Source: Hyphomicrobiales bacterium
Lineage (GTDB): Bacteria; Pseudomonadota; Alphaproteobacteria; Rhizobiales; Beijerinckiaceae
Assembly: GCA_947455645.1 (NCBI GenBank)
Contig: CANGPA010000005.1
Span: 319 to 64,318, forward strand
Direction of reading: 5' to 3'
DNA length: 64,000 nt
The notes under the pieces are model-generated. The model did no database searches. It was not told the origin of the DNA and worked only from the letters and a program-made list of their open reading frames with translations. Made by a program: the position numbers and the translations under genes. Positions 1-11,727 of this stretch are shown piece by piece. Position 1 is the first letter of the stretch. Every line of letters starts with the position of its first letter.

Positions 1-413
1 TCAAGCACGCGATCGATCAAAATGCGCACACGCGCCCGATGATGGCGTGCCGAAGCACGATTTTCATCAAAAGCGGCCACAAACAGGTCAAACAGGCGCG
101 GTTCATCATCCAGCCGATCCCGATAGGCGCGCAACAGGGCGAACAGGAGCCGTTCGAGCTTGTCCCGCGCGGGATCGGGCGCATCGACAATTTCCGCAAG
201 CCGCGTCTCGAGCCCCTTGAGCCAGCCAAGCGTGATCGCGTCAAACAGCGCCTCTTTGGTCTCGAAATGCCGGTAGACATTGGCGTGGGTCATCGCCGCG
301 CGACGCGCCACGGACACGACCGTCACCCGGTCCACGCCGAAGGCACGGATCTCTTCGACGCATGACGCCATGATGCGCTGGGCGGTCGTCTCGGACGGAG
401 GCGCTGTGTTCAT
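1..413 (-). CDS. TetR/AcrR-family transcriptional regulator (3' end runs off the window)
   Basis: My own reverse translation from the ATG at 413-411 gives MNTAPPSETTAQRIMASCVEEIRAFGVDRVTVVSVARRAAMTHANVYRHFETKEALFDAI..., a typical TetR N-terminal HTH. The frame stays open to position 1, so it is absent from the ORF track. It is divergent from the Nramp gene. Confidence 0.8.
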   Translation of the reverse strand, partial: MNTAPPSETTAQRIMASCVEEIRAFGVDRVTVVSVARRAAMTHANVYRHFETKEALFDAITLGWLKGLETRLAEIVDAPDPARDKLERLLFALLRAYRDRLDDEPRLFDLFVAAFDENRASARHHRARVRILIDRVL

Positions 414-514
414 AGACACCCTCTTACAGGACATAGGGGCATCAACCCAATATCCCTTGTGACAAGCGGGAGCTATAAAAGGCAGGCCCCGCTCGTTTGT
501 ATGAAAGCCTTTTG

Positions 515-1807
515 ATGACCGCTCCCGCAGCCGAGTCGACCCGTCCTGCGCGCCATCCGCTCTCGACCCTGTTGCGGTTGTTCGGGCCGGGTGTGATTGC
601 CGGGGCTGCGGATGATGATCCCTCGGGGATTGCGACCTATTCGCAAGCCGGTGCGCAATTTGGTGTGCATCAGCTCTGGTCCGTTGTGCTGACATTTCCG
701 TTTATGGTTGCGATCCAACTCGTTGCCGCGCGCATCGGGCGTGTGACCGGCAAGGGCATCATCGCCAATGCCAGCGTGCTCTATCCGCAAAGCATCGTGA
801 TCGCGCTTGTGGCGCTGATCCTGATTGCAAATACGATCAACATCGCGGCTGATCTCGCCGCCATGGGTGCAGCGGTTACACTCGTCATCGGAGGGCATGC
901 CTCGCTCTATGCCTTGGTGTTTGGCGTGGGCTGCGCTTTGGCGGAAGTGTTCATTCCCTATCGCCGCTATGCACATGTGCTCAAATGGTTGACGCTTGTG
1001 TTGTTTGTTTATGTTGCCGCCGTTCTGACGATCAAGGTTGATTGGATCGACGCGCTGGTGGCAACGGTTCATCCGCTGATGTCGCGCTCGACAGATTATC
1101 TGCTCACCATTGTTGCCGTGTTTGGTACAACCATCAGCCCTTACGTCTTCTGCTGGCAGACCGCACAAGAAGTGGAAGACATGAATATCGCGCATGAAAA
1201 GCCGCTCATCGTGCAAGAGGTGGACACGCGCGGCCATTTTCAACGCATGGCGCTTGATACGAATATCGGCATGGCGTTTTCCAATGGCATTGCGTTTTGC
1301 ATCATGCTGACAACGGCTGCGACCTTGCATGTGGCCGGTGTGACGACGATTGCCACCGCAGCGGATGCGGCCGAAGCGCTGCGTCCCCTTGCCGGCCCTC
1401 TGACCTTTGCGCTGTTCTCGTTGGGTATTATCGGCACCGGACTTCTGGCCGTGCCGGTCTTGGCGGGCTCCGCCGGTTATGCGGTGGCCGAAGCGATGCA
1501 TTGGCGCTCAAGCCTTGAAATGAAACCGCTCCGCGCCCGCGGATTTTATACCGTGATTGCGGCGGCAACGCTGATTGGCGCTTTGATCGGTTTTACGAGC
1601 TTTGATCCGATCCGCATGTTGTTCTGGGCAGCGGTGCTCAATGGTTTTGTGGCTGTGCCGGTGATGATCGCGATGATGATCATGGTGTCGCGCAAATCGA
1701 TCATGGGTCGTTACCGCGCCAAACCCCTGCTCGCTCTTGCGGGATGGGGCTCAACCGCATTGATGGCGCTGGCGGCGCTGGTTCTGATCTGGTCGATGTT
1801 TATCTAA
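515..1807 (+). CDS. Nramp-family divalent metal cation transporter
   Basis: ORF 497..1807 encodes a multi-pass hydrophobic protein with the Nramp-like motif GAADDDPSGIATYSQAGAQFG. Position 497 is a TTG, so the first ATG at 515 is preferred. Confidence 0.8.
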   Translation: MTAPAAESTRPARHPLSTLLRLFGPGVIAGAADDDPSGIATYSQAGAQFGVHQLWSVVLTFPFMVAIQLVAARIGRVTGKGIIANASVLYPQSIVIALVALILIANTINIAADLAAMGAAVTLVIGGHASLYALVFGVGCALAEVFIPYRRYAHVLKWLTLVLFVYVAAVLTIKVDWIDALVATVHPLMSRSTDYLLTIVAVFGTTISPYVFCWQTAQEVEDMNIAHEKPLIVQEVDTRGHFQRMALDTNIGMAFSNGIAFCIMLTTAATLHVAGVTTIATAADAAEALRPLAGPLTFALFSLGIIGTGLLAVPVLAGSAGYAVAEAMHWRSSLEMKPLRARGFYTVIAAATLIGALIGFTSFDPIRMLFWAAVLNGFVAVPVMIAMMIMVSRKSIMGRYRAKPLLALAGWGSTALMALAALVLIWSMFI

Positions 1808-1818
1808 CGGCGTAAAAT

Positions 1819-2967
1819 TCAATGCGACCCGACAAGGCGTTCGCCATGCGGCAAAGCGCGATAGGGTTCTGATTGCATTTCGATCAGACGCGACGCGGTG
1901 CGATCAAATTCAAAGGCTTCACGCCCGTCATCCGCGTGATAAAGATTTAGCGGTTCATCAGCCGCCGACGCATAGAGTTTGACGCTGCGATCATAAAGCG
2001 CGTCGATCAAGGCAATAAAGCGTTTGGCCTCATTGCGTTGATCCGCTGCAATGACCGGTATATTGCTGATAAAAACCGTATCGAACCGTTCTGCAATCAT
2101 CACGAAATCATTCGCGCCCAAAGCTGTCTGGCAAAGATCCGCATAATCGAACCATGCGGCCTTTTCATAGGCACGCGGAATGTGAACCGCATGACCCAAT
2201 ACCGTAAGCGTCTGCGGCGTGGCGATGCGCCCTGCGCTCAGCGAGCGAAACACATCTTCCAACGCTTCATTGTGTTTGGAGGTGAGCGGCGTAAACCAGG
2301 TTTGACCGCCATGAATTTTCTCGAGGCGGTAATCAACCGGCGCATCGAGCTCAATGATTTCAGTTGCGGTTTTGAGCACGTCAATAAACGGTAAAAACAA
2401 AGCCCGATTGAGCCCCTCATGATAAAGCTGATCCGGTGCCACATTCGATGTGGCAACGAGAACGAGGCCATGATCGAAAAGCGCTGTAAAGAGCCGCGCC
2501 AGAATCATCGCATCGGCAATATCGCTCACCGAAAACTCGTCGAGACATAAAAGCGTAAGCTCTGACGCGATGGCCGCGGCGACCGACGGAACCGGATCGG
2601 TGTCCTGCACCTCGCCGCGTTTGACGCTCAAGCGAAAGGCATGAATACGCCGATGCACATCCGCCATGAAACTTTGAAAATGCAGGCGCGCCTTCTTCTC
2701 AAGCGGGGCAGAGTCCAGGACCAAATCCATGAGCATGGTTTTGCCACGCCCGACCGACCCCCACAGATAAAGGCCCTTGGGCATGGTGATCTTGCGCTTG
2801 AAAAGCCAGGACAGGCCGCTCTTGCGCGAAGGCAAGGTGTCGAGCGCAAGGCAGAGCGCATCGAGCCGCTCGATCACGCGAAGCTGCGCGGGATCCTCGT
2901 CAATCTCCCCGAGACCAACGAGCTGGCGATAGGCCTCGCTCGGCCTTTTGTGCGAAACACGACTCAT
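1819..2967 (-). CDS. zapE: AFG1/ZapE-family ATPase (cell division protein ZapE)
   Basis: 382 aa with Walker A GSVGRGKT in GLYLWGSVGRGKTMLMD. Overall AFG1-like layout. Confidence 0.85.
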   Translation of the reverse strand: MSRVSHKRPSEAYRQLVGLGEIDEDPAQLRVIERLDALCLALDTLPSRKSGLSWLFKRKITMPKGLYLWGSVGRGKTMLMDLVLDSAPLEKKARLHFQSFMADVHRRIHAFRLSVKRGEVQDTDPVPSVAAAIASELTLLCLDEFSVSDIADAMILARLFTALFDHGLVLVATSNVAPDQLYHEGLNRALFLPFIDVLKTATEIIELDAPVDYRLEKIHGGQTWFTPLTSKHNEALEDVFRSLSAGRIATPQTLTVLGHAVHIPRAYEKAAWFDYADLCQTALGANDFVMIAERFDTVFISNIPVIAADQRNEAKRFIALIDALYDRSVKLYASAADEPLNLYHADDGREAFEFDRTASRLIEMQSEPYRALPHGERLVGSH

Positions 2968-3110
2968 GCGGTCTTCTTACCTTGAGGCGTCGGATCATGC
3001 ACGGCCAAGCGCGCCCCGCAAGCATAGGCAGCGCCGCCAAGGCTAAAAAGTGAACTGCCGACGGCGTGCCACCGTATGATGATTAGATCCGCCGTTTGGG
3101 GAGTTGCGTG

Positions 3111-3494
3111 ATGCCTGTTGCCGCTTGGTGCCTTATGATTGTGACGATCATGCCCGTTCTGGTGGTGGGTTATGCCAAGGCCGGGGGTCACTATGACAAT
3201 CAGGAGCCGCGGCTCTGGCTTCAGACGCTCGAAGGCGGCCGCCGCCGCGCTTATGCAGCACATCTCAATTGTTTCGAGGCTCTGCCTGTCTTCATCGCGG
3301 CGCTGTTCACGGCCGTCTGGACGGATGGACCGCAAGGCATGATCGATGCGTTGTCGATCGGCTTTGTGCTGTTTCGCGTGCTGTATGTGTTTGCCTATAT
3401 TATCGACCGCGCCACGCTGCGCTCGACATTGTGGAGCTTGGCCTATCTCTGCGTGATTGGCCTCTTTATCTCGGGCTATTGGGCGCAACCTTAA
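3111..3494 (+). CDS. MAPEG-family membrane protein
   Basis: Small protein with 3-4 hydrophobic helices (ORF 3096..3494). The ATG at 3111 is preceded by GGGGAG. The sequence resembles bacterial MAPEG proteins from memory. Confidence 0.6.
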   Translation: MPVAAWCLMIVTIMPVLVVGYAKAGGHYDNQEPRLWLQTLEGGRRRAYAAHLNCFEALPVFIAALFTAVWTDGPQGMIDALSIGFVLFRVLYVFAYIIDRATLRSTLWSLAYLCVIGLFISGYWAQP

Positions 3495-3500
3495 GACCGG

Positions 3501-4787
3501 TCAAGGCCTTATCTGGCCTGTTCCGCGAACGCGATATTTGAACGAGCAGAGCTGATCAATGCCCACCGGTCCGCGCGCATGCATGCGGCCCGTCGCGATG
3601 CCGATCTCCGCACCGAAACCGAATTCACCGCCATCGGCGAATTGCGTGGAAGCGTTATGCAGCACAATGGCTGAATCAACACGGTTCATAAACGCGTCTG
3701 CCGCAGCCTGATCAGCCGTGATGATCGCCTCAGTGTGATGCGACCCATAGGTCTCGATATGGTCGATGGCTGCATCAAGCCCTGCCACACATTTCACCGA
3801 AATAATCGCATCAAGATATTCGGTGCGCCAATCCTCTTCGGTGGCCGCCGTTACACGCGGATCAATCGCTTGCGTTGTCGCGTCACCGCGCACCGCACAA
3901 CCTTGATCTAAAAGTGCGTTCACCAGAGGCTTCAAATGCGTGGACACTACGGCTTTATCGACCAGAAGCGTTTCCGCCGAACCACAGACGCCTGTGCGGC
4001 GCAACTTGGCGTTAAGCACTATTTCGCGCGCCATCGCCAAATCGGCTTTGGCATGAACATAGACGTGACAAATGCCTTCAAGATGCGCGAAAACAGGTAC
4101 ACGGGCTTCCGCTTGCACACGTGCGACAAGGCTCTTGCCACCGCGCGGCACAATCACATCAATCAAGCCGTCAAGGCCCGACAACATCAACCCAACCGCT
4201 GCACGATCGCGTGTCGGAACAAGTTGCAACGCATCTTCCGGTAGGCCTGCCGCCGCAAGCCCCGCTTGCATCGCCGCAGCAATCTCGATTGATGTGCGTA
4301 AACTTTCTGAACCTGCACGCAAGATCGATGCATTGCCGCTTTTCAAACACAGCGCGCCGGCATCAGCCGTTACATTGGGACGGCTTTCAAAGATCACACC
4401 GATCACGCCAAGCGGTGTGGCAACGCGTTCAAAGCGAAGACCATTGGGCCTTGTCCATGTGTCGAGCACGCGCCCGACCGGATCATGCAACGCGGCCACC
4501 TCCTCGATCGAGCGGGCGATGGATTCAAGGCGTGTTTCGTCAAGTTTCAAACGGTCGAGAAAAGCGCCTTTTGTGCCGCGCGCTTCTGCATCAGCAAGAT
4601 CAAGCGCATTGGCCTGAAGAATCGTTGCGGCGCGCGCGCGCATTTCCTGCGCGGCATTTTGCAAAGCCTTTGTCTTAATCGTGTTGGATGCGTTGGCAAG
4701 ACGACGCTGCGCCGCGCGGGCTTTCTGTCCGATGGACTGCATCAATGCGGGGAGTTGATCCGCTACAGCGGTATGATCATGAGCCAT
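3501..4787 (-). CDS. proA: gamma-glutamyl phosphate reductase
   Basis: 428 aa. C-terminal [32 protein letters not shown] is the ProA signature region. It lies 3 nt downstream of proB. Confidence 0.95.
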   Translation of the reverse strand: MAHDHTAVADQLPALMQSIGQKARAAQRRLANASNTIKTKALQNAAQEMRARAATILQANALDLADAEARGTKGAFLDRLKLDETRLESIARSIEEVAALHDPVGRVLDTWTRPNGLRFERVATPLGVIGVIFESRPNVTADAGALCLKSGNASILRAGSESLRTSIEIAAAMQAGLAAAGLPEDALQLVPTRDRAAVGLMLSGLDGLIDVIVPRGGKSLVARVQAEARVPVFAHLEGICHVYVHAKADLAMAREIVLNAKLRRTGVCGSAETLLVDKAVVSTHLKPLVNALLDQGCAVRGDATTQAIDPRVTAATEEDWRTEYLDAIISVKCVAGLDAAIDHIETYGSHHTEAIITADQAAADAFMNRVDSAIVLHNASTQFADGGEFGFGAEIGIATGRMHARGPVGIDQLCSFKYRVRGTGQIRP

Positions 4788-4790
4788 AAA

Positions 4791-6973
<2,183 letters not shown>

Positions 6974-7038
6974 CTACAGCATTTTGCTGCTTTTGGGAGC
7001 GCAAAAAGGACTTCCCGTCCGTCCGATGTAAATTTTGA

Positions 7039-7581
7039 TCAGCGCCCCGTTTGGCGAATGGTCAATTCCACTGAACCAACAGGAATGAAGCCCAAAAAGC
7101 TCACGGTTGCCGTGTTGAGCACCGTCCGCGGATCGGTCAATTCGAGACGATCAACGAAATCGAGGCCCAGTCCGCCAAAATAGGCAACATAACGCAGGAT
7201 GATCGCGCCTTGATCCGTCGAGACGGTCGCGGCAATCCCATCGCGCACGGCGCTGTAGCTGCCATCCGCCTGTTTCGTGAACACCCATTGTGTTTTGGCT
7301 GTCGTGCCATCGGAATAGGCGATGTCTTCATCCAACGTGAGAATGCGTTGTGCCGCATCCCATTTGCCATGCATGACCACTTTCACGCCGCGATCCTGAC
7401 CGGTCCACGAATTGCGGAAATGGCCTTCGGCATTCAACGTGCCGCGCAAGAATTGCTCAAGCACGAGCGGCTTGTCGCTTGCTGCATATCCCGGCACGCT
7501 CAGGCAAAGCATAAGCGCGGCAAAAACACCGATGCGAGCCAGCACCTTTACGAAACGGCCTTGAACAATCGTTTTCATCAT
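7039..7581 (-). CDS. exported protein, DUF3833-like
   Basis: ORF 7039..7617, with the start moved to ATG 7581. Signal-peptide-like MMKTIVQGRFVKVLARIGVFAALMLCLSVPGYAAS. The body resembles DUF3833 proteins from memory only. Confidence 0.5.
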   Translation of the reverse strand: MMKTIVQGRFVKVLARIGVFAALMLCLSVPGYAASDKPLVLEQFLRGTLNAEGHFRNSWTGQDRGVKVVMHGKWDAAQRILTLDEDIAYSDGTTAKTQWVFTKQADGSYSAVRDGIAATVSTDQGAIILRYVAYFGGLGLDFVDRLELTDPRTVLNTATVSFLGFIPVGSVELTIRQTGR

Positions 7582-7629
7582 GCGGATCATCGCGAAGCCT
7601 CCAAAAAAACCAAACACACTCTGTTTGAT

Positions 7630-8247
7630 TTACGCAGCGGCACCGAAAGCAGACCACGCAGCACCATCGCGCCAGGCTGTGCGCGTCAATGCGTAGCACT
7701 CCACCATTTCGTCACGATTGCGAGCGGGCATAAAGCGAATCTCGCGACCGGTTTCAACAAAGCCCGCTTTCGCAAGAACACGTTTTGAGGCTGTGTTTTC
7801 AGGCTTAACCGTTGCCACAACTTGCTCGGCAGCGGTCAAGGTGAAGCCTGCGGAGAGCAAGGCCAAAACCGCTTCGCTCGCAAAGCCCTGCCCCCAATGC
7901 GGCACACCAATCCAATAGCCCAAAGTAAGATCGCGCGTGGAGAGCGCGCCATCCGCATTCGGTTCACGCGTCAGAGCCGCCGCGCCCACAACCGTGTTCG
8001 GGCGTGTTTTGGGCGCGATGATAAGGCCGATGCCATGACCGTCGCTGTTGCTGTTGCGGGCGGAGAACACATAGGACTCGGCATCGCTGCGCGCATAAGG
8101 GTGTTTGATGCGGCCTGTCATATCCGCAATGCGCTTATCGGCGAGATGGTCAGCGATTTCTGTTGCGTCCGTGACTTTCGGCCAGCGCAACCAGAGCCGC
8201 TGGGTTTCGATCCGATAAACATCGTCGCGGGTAATATCCCTGAACAT
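7630..8247 (-). CDS. GNAT-family N-acetyltransferase (RimJ/RimL-like)
   Basis: 205 aa with a GYWIGVPHWGQGFASEAV acetyl-CoA-binding-type motif and a GGGAGGA RBS before the ATG. It sits between rpmA and obgE. Confidence 0.8.
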   Translation of the reverse strand: MFRDITRDDVYRIETQRLWLRWPKVTDATEIADHLADKRIADMTGRIKHPYARSDAESYVFSARNSNSDGHGIGLIIAPKTRPNTVVGAAALTREPNADGALSTRDLTLGYWIGVPHWGQGFASEAVLALLSAGFTLTAAEQVVATVKPENTASKRVLAKAGFVETGREIRFMPARNRDEMVECYALTRTAWRDGAAWSAFGAAA

Positions 8248-8301
8248 GGTCCGATCCTCCCGATCGAGTCGATCCGGTCCCGTGACACGAATCGATGACT
8301 G

Positions 8302-8330
8302 AAAAACGACAAAGGGGACGCCGGTTCCCC
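8302..8330 (-). terminator. possible rho-independent terminator after rpmA
   Basis: The minus strand reads GGGGA-ACCGGCG-TCCCC followed by TTTGTCGTTTTT. The stem is short, so this is weak. Confidence 0.4.
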
Positions 8331-8443
8331 GACGCCCCCGTTTTCCCGTCTTTCGAACGGAACCGGATGGGTTTTACTCAGAACCTCATCCGCCGGGGAC
8401 CTCGAGGGCTCGGCGGGGGTTCTTTTGAAACCGTTCCGCCGCG

Positions 8444-8710
8444 CTACTCGGCTGCTTTTCGTGTGACGACCGTGACATACATCCGGTCGTTAGCCTTCTT
8501 TTGAAACTCAACGGTGCCCGCCGAGGTTGCAAACAAGGTGTGATCCTTGCCCATGCCGACATTCGCGCCCGGATGGACGCGCGTGCCCCGTTGGCGGACA
8601 ATGATGTTGCCCGAGATGACGGCTTCGCCACCAAATTTCTTGACGCCAAGACGCCGGCCGTCGGAGTCGCGACCGTTGCGGGATGAACCGCCTGCTTTTT
8701 TATGAGCCAT
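8444..8710 (-). CDS. rpmA: 50S ribosomal protein L27
   Basis: [28 protein letters not shown]. The start was moved from the ORF-track 8752 to the ATG at 8710. Confidence 0.97.
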   Translation of the reverse strand: MAHKKAGGSSRNGRDSDGRRLGVKKFGGEAVISGNIIVRQRGTRVHPGANVGMGKDHTLFATSAGTVEFQKKANDRMYVTVVTRKAAE

Positions 8711-8784
8711 TGTTCTGCTCCATTGACTTTCTGAGACGATCGCCCGGGCCAATCAACCCGGACAATTGCGGACGACTCGTGAAT

Positions 8785-9267
8785 TTACTCGGCTTCGGCC
8801 TTCTTGGCCTTGGCGGCGGGCTTTTTAGCGGCGGGCTTTTCACCCTCTGCCTTTGGCGCCGCGGCCTTTTTGGCGGCAGGCTTTTTGGCAGGCGCTTCAG
8901 CTGCGGCTTCCGCCGGAGCCGCTGCCACGGCTTTCACCGTGGTCGGAACGGCCTTCGGTGTCTCGCCAGCTTTGTAGATGCCGTCGATCCGGATGACCGT
9001 CAGCTCCTGGCGATGACCGCGCTTGCGCTTGGAATTCTGGCGGCGGCGCTTGAAGAACGAAATCGTCTTCGCCGACCGCGTCTGCTCCATGATTTCGCCC
9101 GTGACGGCCGCGCCCGAAAGGATCGGGGCGCCCACATCGGCACCAATCATAAGCACTTCTGCAAAAGTCACAGCCGAACCGGCTGCCCCTTCGATTTTTT
9201 CGACCGTGATCCGGTCATTGGCGGCGACCTTGTATTGTTTGCCACCGGTCTTGATGACTGCGAACAT
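8785..9267 (-). CDS. rplU: 50S ribosomal protein L21 with Ala/Lys/Pro-rich C-terminal extension
   Basis: [14 protein letters not shown]... starts at the ATG at 9267. About 58 extra C-terminal residues ([45 protein letters not shown]). Confidence 0.95.
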   Translation of the reverse strand: MFAVIKTGGKQYKVAANDRITVEKIEGAAGSAVTFAEVLMIGADVGAPILSGAAVTGEIMEQTRSAKTISFFKRRRQNSKRKRGHRQELTVIRIDGIYKAGETPKAVPTTVKAVAAAPAEAAAEAPAKKPAAKKAAAPKAEGEKPAAKKPAAKAKKAEAE

Positions 9268-9615
9268 CTCAATATTCCCGTGTTCTAACGTCTCTACCTG
9301 CGATTTTTGCCGCAAATGGACGCCTTTTTGACAGTTGCGCTAGGCTAAAACCGCGTTCCGACCGGAATGTGGCGTTCGTCCAACGAAAGAAGCGCGGAGA
9401 CATTGCCCGCGCCAGAAGCGGGTAGCTACAGGCCCGATGGCCAAGAGTCAATGCGAAACCCTGTAGAACCGCCGCTTTTTGGGCCGGTGGACGCCTAATG
9501 ATCAAGCACAAACCCGACCCCAGCTCAAGGCGCGCGGCCTCCCCGACACCGCTTGTGAAAGGCCTAACCCCATGCTATCGAGCGGCGCACCACAAGAGCA
9601 GTATGCTCGCCCCGC

Positions 9616-9705
9616 GGAGAGGTGGCAGAGTGGTCGAATGCACCGCACTCGAAATGCGGCATAGGTGCAAGCCTATCGGGAGTTCGAATCTCCCCCTCTC
9701 CGCCA
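9616..9705 (+). tRNA. tRNA-Ser (anticodon CGA)
   Basis: Folded by hand. Acceptor GGAGAGG/CCTCTCC, anticodon arm CCGCA-CTCGAAA-TGCGG, long variable arm, T arm GGGAG-TTCGAAT-CTCCC, encoded CCA. Confidence 0.95.
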
Positions 9706-9854
9706 TTTTTCTTTCAGCTTCTAAATCAGCAAAAATGAAATCGAAGCACTTTGATCAATAGATCAGAAAGTCGCCGCGACGTTTATCGACCTCAAAACAA
9801 TCGACCGCGCGGCCCTTTCAAAATGAGCAGAATAATTGACCTAGCGGCATTTCG

Positions 9855-9907
9855 ATATATCGTATGCACAAGAATTGACATCTCAATTTTTTGTGCATAC
9901 GATATAT
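9855..9907. promoter_or_regulatory. 17-bp perfect inverted repeat spanning the brnT start (candidate TA operator)
   Basis: ATATATCGTATGCACAA (9855-9871) and TTGTGCATACGATATAT (9891-9907) are exact reverse complements. The 19-nt spacer contains TTGACA (9875-9880). The right arm ends inside the brnT ATG (9906). Confidence 0.6.
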
Positions 9908-10187
9908 GAAGCTCAGTTTTGACCCCGCAAAGAGTGAACGCAATCGGCGCGAGCGCGATTTGCCATTCGAGCGGGTGCATGACTTCGATTTCGAGACGGC
10001 CATTATTTATACCGATGAGCGATTTGATTATGCGGAACAGCGATTCATAGCCATCGGCTATCTCGATGAGCGCTTGCATGTTGTCGTATTCGCGGAAGAG
10101 GAGGACAGTCTCCGTGTCATCAGTTTCAGGAAAGCGAATGAACGCGAAGCAGAAAAATTTGACCTCCCACAAAAGCGTCATCAATGA
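9906..10187 (+). CDS. brnT: BrnT-family (DUF497) type II toxin
   Basis: MKLSFDPAKSERNRRERDLPFERVHDFDFETAIIYTDERFDYAEQRFIAIGYLDERLHVVVF...ISFRKANEREAE is the DUF497/BrnT pattern. ORF track 9891..10187. Confidence 0.85.
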   Translation: MKLSFDPAKSERNRRERDLPFERVHDFDFETAIIYTDERFDYAEQRFIAIGYLDERLHVVVFAEEEDSLRVISFRKANEREAEKFDLPQKRHQ

Positions 10188-10428
10188 GGACGGCGAAGTG
10201 CCGGACCTTACAGTTTTATCGCGAAAAGATTTCAAATCGTTTTCTTCACTCCCGAAATCGGTCAAAGCCATCATCCGCGGTCGGCCAAAAGCGGAAATCA
10301 CAAAAGAGCGCATCACAATTCGTCTTTCGCCCGATGTTGTTGCCACGTTTCGGGCAAGCGGAGCAGGATGGCAGACGCGTATGGATGCCGCATTGAAAGA
10401 CTGGCTCAAAAAACATAAGCCAATCTGA
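10138..10428 (+). CDS. brnA: BrnA-family antitoxin
   Basis: C-terminal ITIRLSPDVVATFRASGAGWQTRMDAALKDWL is the BrnA RHH-type pattern. The ATG at 10138 overlaps the brnT 3' end by 50 nt. Confidence 0.8.
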   Translation: MNAKQKNLTSHKSVINEDGEVPDLTVLSRKDFKSFSSLPKSVKAIIRGRPKAEITKERITIRLSPDVVATFRASGAGWQTRMDAALKDWLKKHKPI

Positions 10429-10499
10429 CGAACAGCAATCCAAACACGCAGCGCGCGGGTCCTTTGCTATTTTTTTCTGCGTTTTCAGTTTAGTGAGCG

Positions 10500-11153
10500 A
10501 TGTTGTCCATGACCCTTAACCTCCCCGCCCGACTCGCACAGAAGATCCGTTCTATTGGCGTAGGGCGGGCATTTAGCGCCGTCATTGAAACCGCCCGCAA
10601 TAAAGCATTGCATCTCATCTACGGCTTTGACCCTTGGCATGTGACGGGAAATTTTTACGCGCGGCCCTACAAAGCAAAGGTTGTCGATTTAATCGCGACC
10701 GTGCCGCATCAAAGCGTGGTCGAAATCGGCGTGGGCTTGGGCGACATTTTGGGACGCGTTCATGCGCCCCAAAGGCTCGGGATTGATCTCGACGCCGCGG
10801 TGCTCAAGGCCGCGCGCTGGTGCATGGGTTCAGATGTCTCTCTTGCCGTTGCTGATTTTTCAAAACCCGAGACGCTGATTGCCGCGATCAAAGACGCTGG
10901 GTTCGCCAAGATCGACGTTTTGATCCTCGTTAACTGGATACACATGGTCGATATGGCGTCGATTGACGCCACGCTTTCTGCGATGCGCGCCGCCGTTCCA
11001 ATTGATCATCTGCTGATGGATGCGATTCACCCCGGCACACCGGGCTATCGGTTCACGCATCGCACTGACGACATCGCCACACTCGGCACGATTAAAACCA
11101 TCGTCAAAGGCGACGAAGTGCGCGATTTTGTTGTGGTTGACTTGAACGGATGA
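10500..11153 (+). CDS. class I SAM-dependent methyltransferase
   Basis: 217 aa with motif I-like VVEIGVGLGDILG. No closer assignment is possible by eye. Confidence 0.6.
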   Translation: MLSMTLNLPARLAQKIRSIGVGRAFSAVIETARNKALHLIYGFDPWHVTGNFYARPYKAKVVDLIATVPHQSVVEIGVGLGDILGRVHAPQRLGIDLDAAVLKAARWCMGSDVSLAVADFSKPETLIAAIKDAGFAKIDVLILVNWIHMVDMASIDATLSAMRAAVPIDHLLMDAIHPGTPGYRFTHRTDDIATLGTIKTIVKGDEVRDFVVVDLNG

Positions 11154-11268
11154 GCGGATCTGCGTGCGCCTTAAATCGTCAATCTTAATGAGGAACGACG
11201 CAGACGACTCGACTTCGTAAAATCAGTGTGTTTACCTTACGTCAATCAGAAACGATAAGGGACATACA

Positions 11269-11706
11269 ATGCGCATAACGGCTCTCCTATCATTGCTTGT
11301 ATTCTTTCTCCTGCCGGCGACAGCGCATGCCGATTGTCGCCCCTATGGTTCCTTTCCCGAATTCCGCGGTGACACGGTTCATTTCAATATCGATACTGAT
11401 AATGGGGCGTGCGGTTTGAACTTCAGCCTTGGTGGTCGCGATTCAATTTTGCTGCAATCGCTCAAAGTATCTGAGCAGGCTTTACACGGCGCAGTTGCAA
11501 CCACTGAGGATTTCTCTTTTCAATATTGGGCGTTCAAATCTTATCAGGGACCGGACAAGTTTTCGATTGAGGTTTGCGGCGTTAAAAATGGTCAGTCCGG
11601 CTGTTCAATTGCCATTGCGACGGTAAACGTCACAGGCCCAAGCCAAACCGACCTCACACCGGCGATGCTGCAGCGTAGCGCACAAAAACAAGCAAAAAAG
11701 AAATAA
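11269..11706 (+). CDS. small secreted hypothetical protein
   Basis: 145 aa. Signal peptide MRITALLSLLVFFLLPATAHA, five Cys in the mature part and a Lys-rich tail QKQAKKK. I recognise no family. Confidence 0.55.
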   Translation: MRITALLSLLVFFLLPATAHADCRPYGSFPEFRGDTVHFNIDTDNGACGLNFSLGGRDSILLQSLKVSEQALHGAVATTEDFSFQYWAFKSYQGPDKFSIEVCGVKNGQSGCSIAIATVNVTGPSQTDLTPAMLQRSAQKQAKKK

Positions 11707-11727
11707 AACTTTGCCGGTTTACGAAAT

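Noticed and set aside
414-514. A manganese (yybP-ykoY-type) riboswitch in front of the Nramp transporter.
   Set aside because: The leader is only about 100 nt and is shared with the divergent TetR promoter. I could not see the conserved four-helix architecture or its signature loops. TetR-type control is the simpler explanation.
473-1501. Long ORFs antisense to well-supported genes: 473..1501(-), 6215..7183(+), 15641..16633(+), 19149..20027(-), 23879..25033(+), 35017..36348(+), 39796..40440(+), 48293..49102(+), and the 5' two-thirds of 41563..43140(-).
   Set aside because: Their translations are R/G/A/H/P-rich and motif-free. Each lies entirely opposite a conserved gene with clear family signatures. 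Stop-poor shadow frames like these are expected in GC-rich DNA.
9792-10409. A 205-aa ORF on the minus strand covering the whole brnTA locus.
   Set aside because: It lies antisense to two genes with clear BrnT and BrnA signatures and has no recognisable features of its own.
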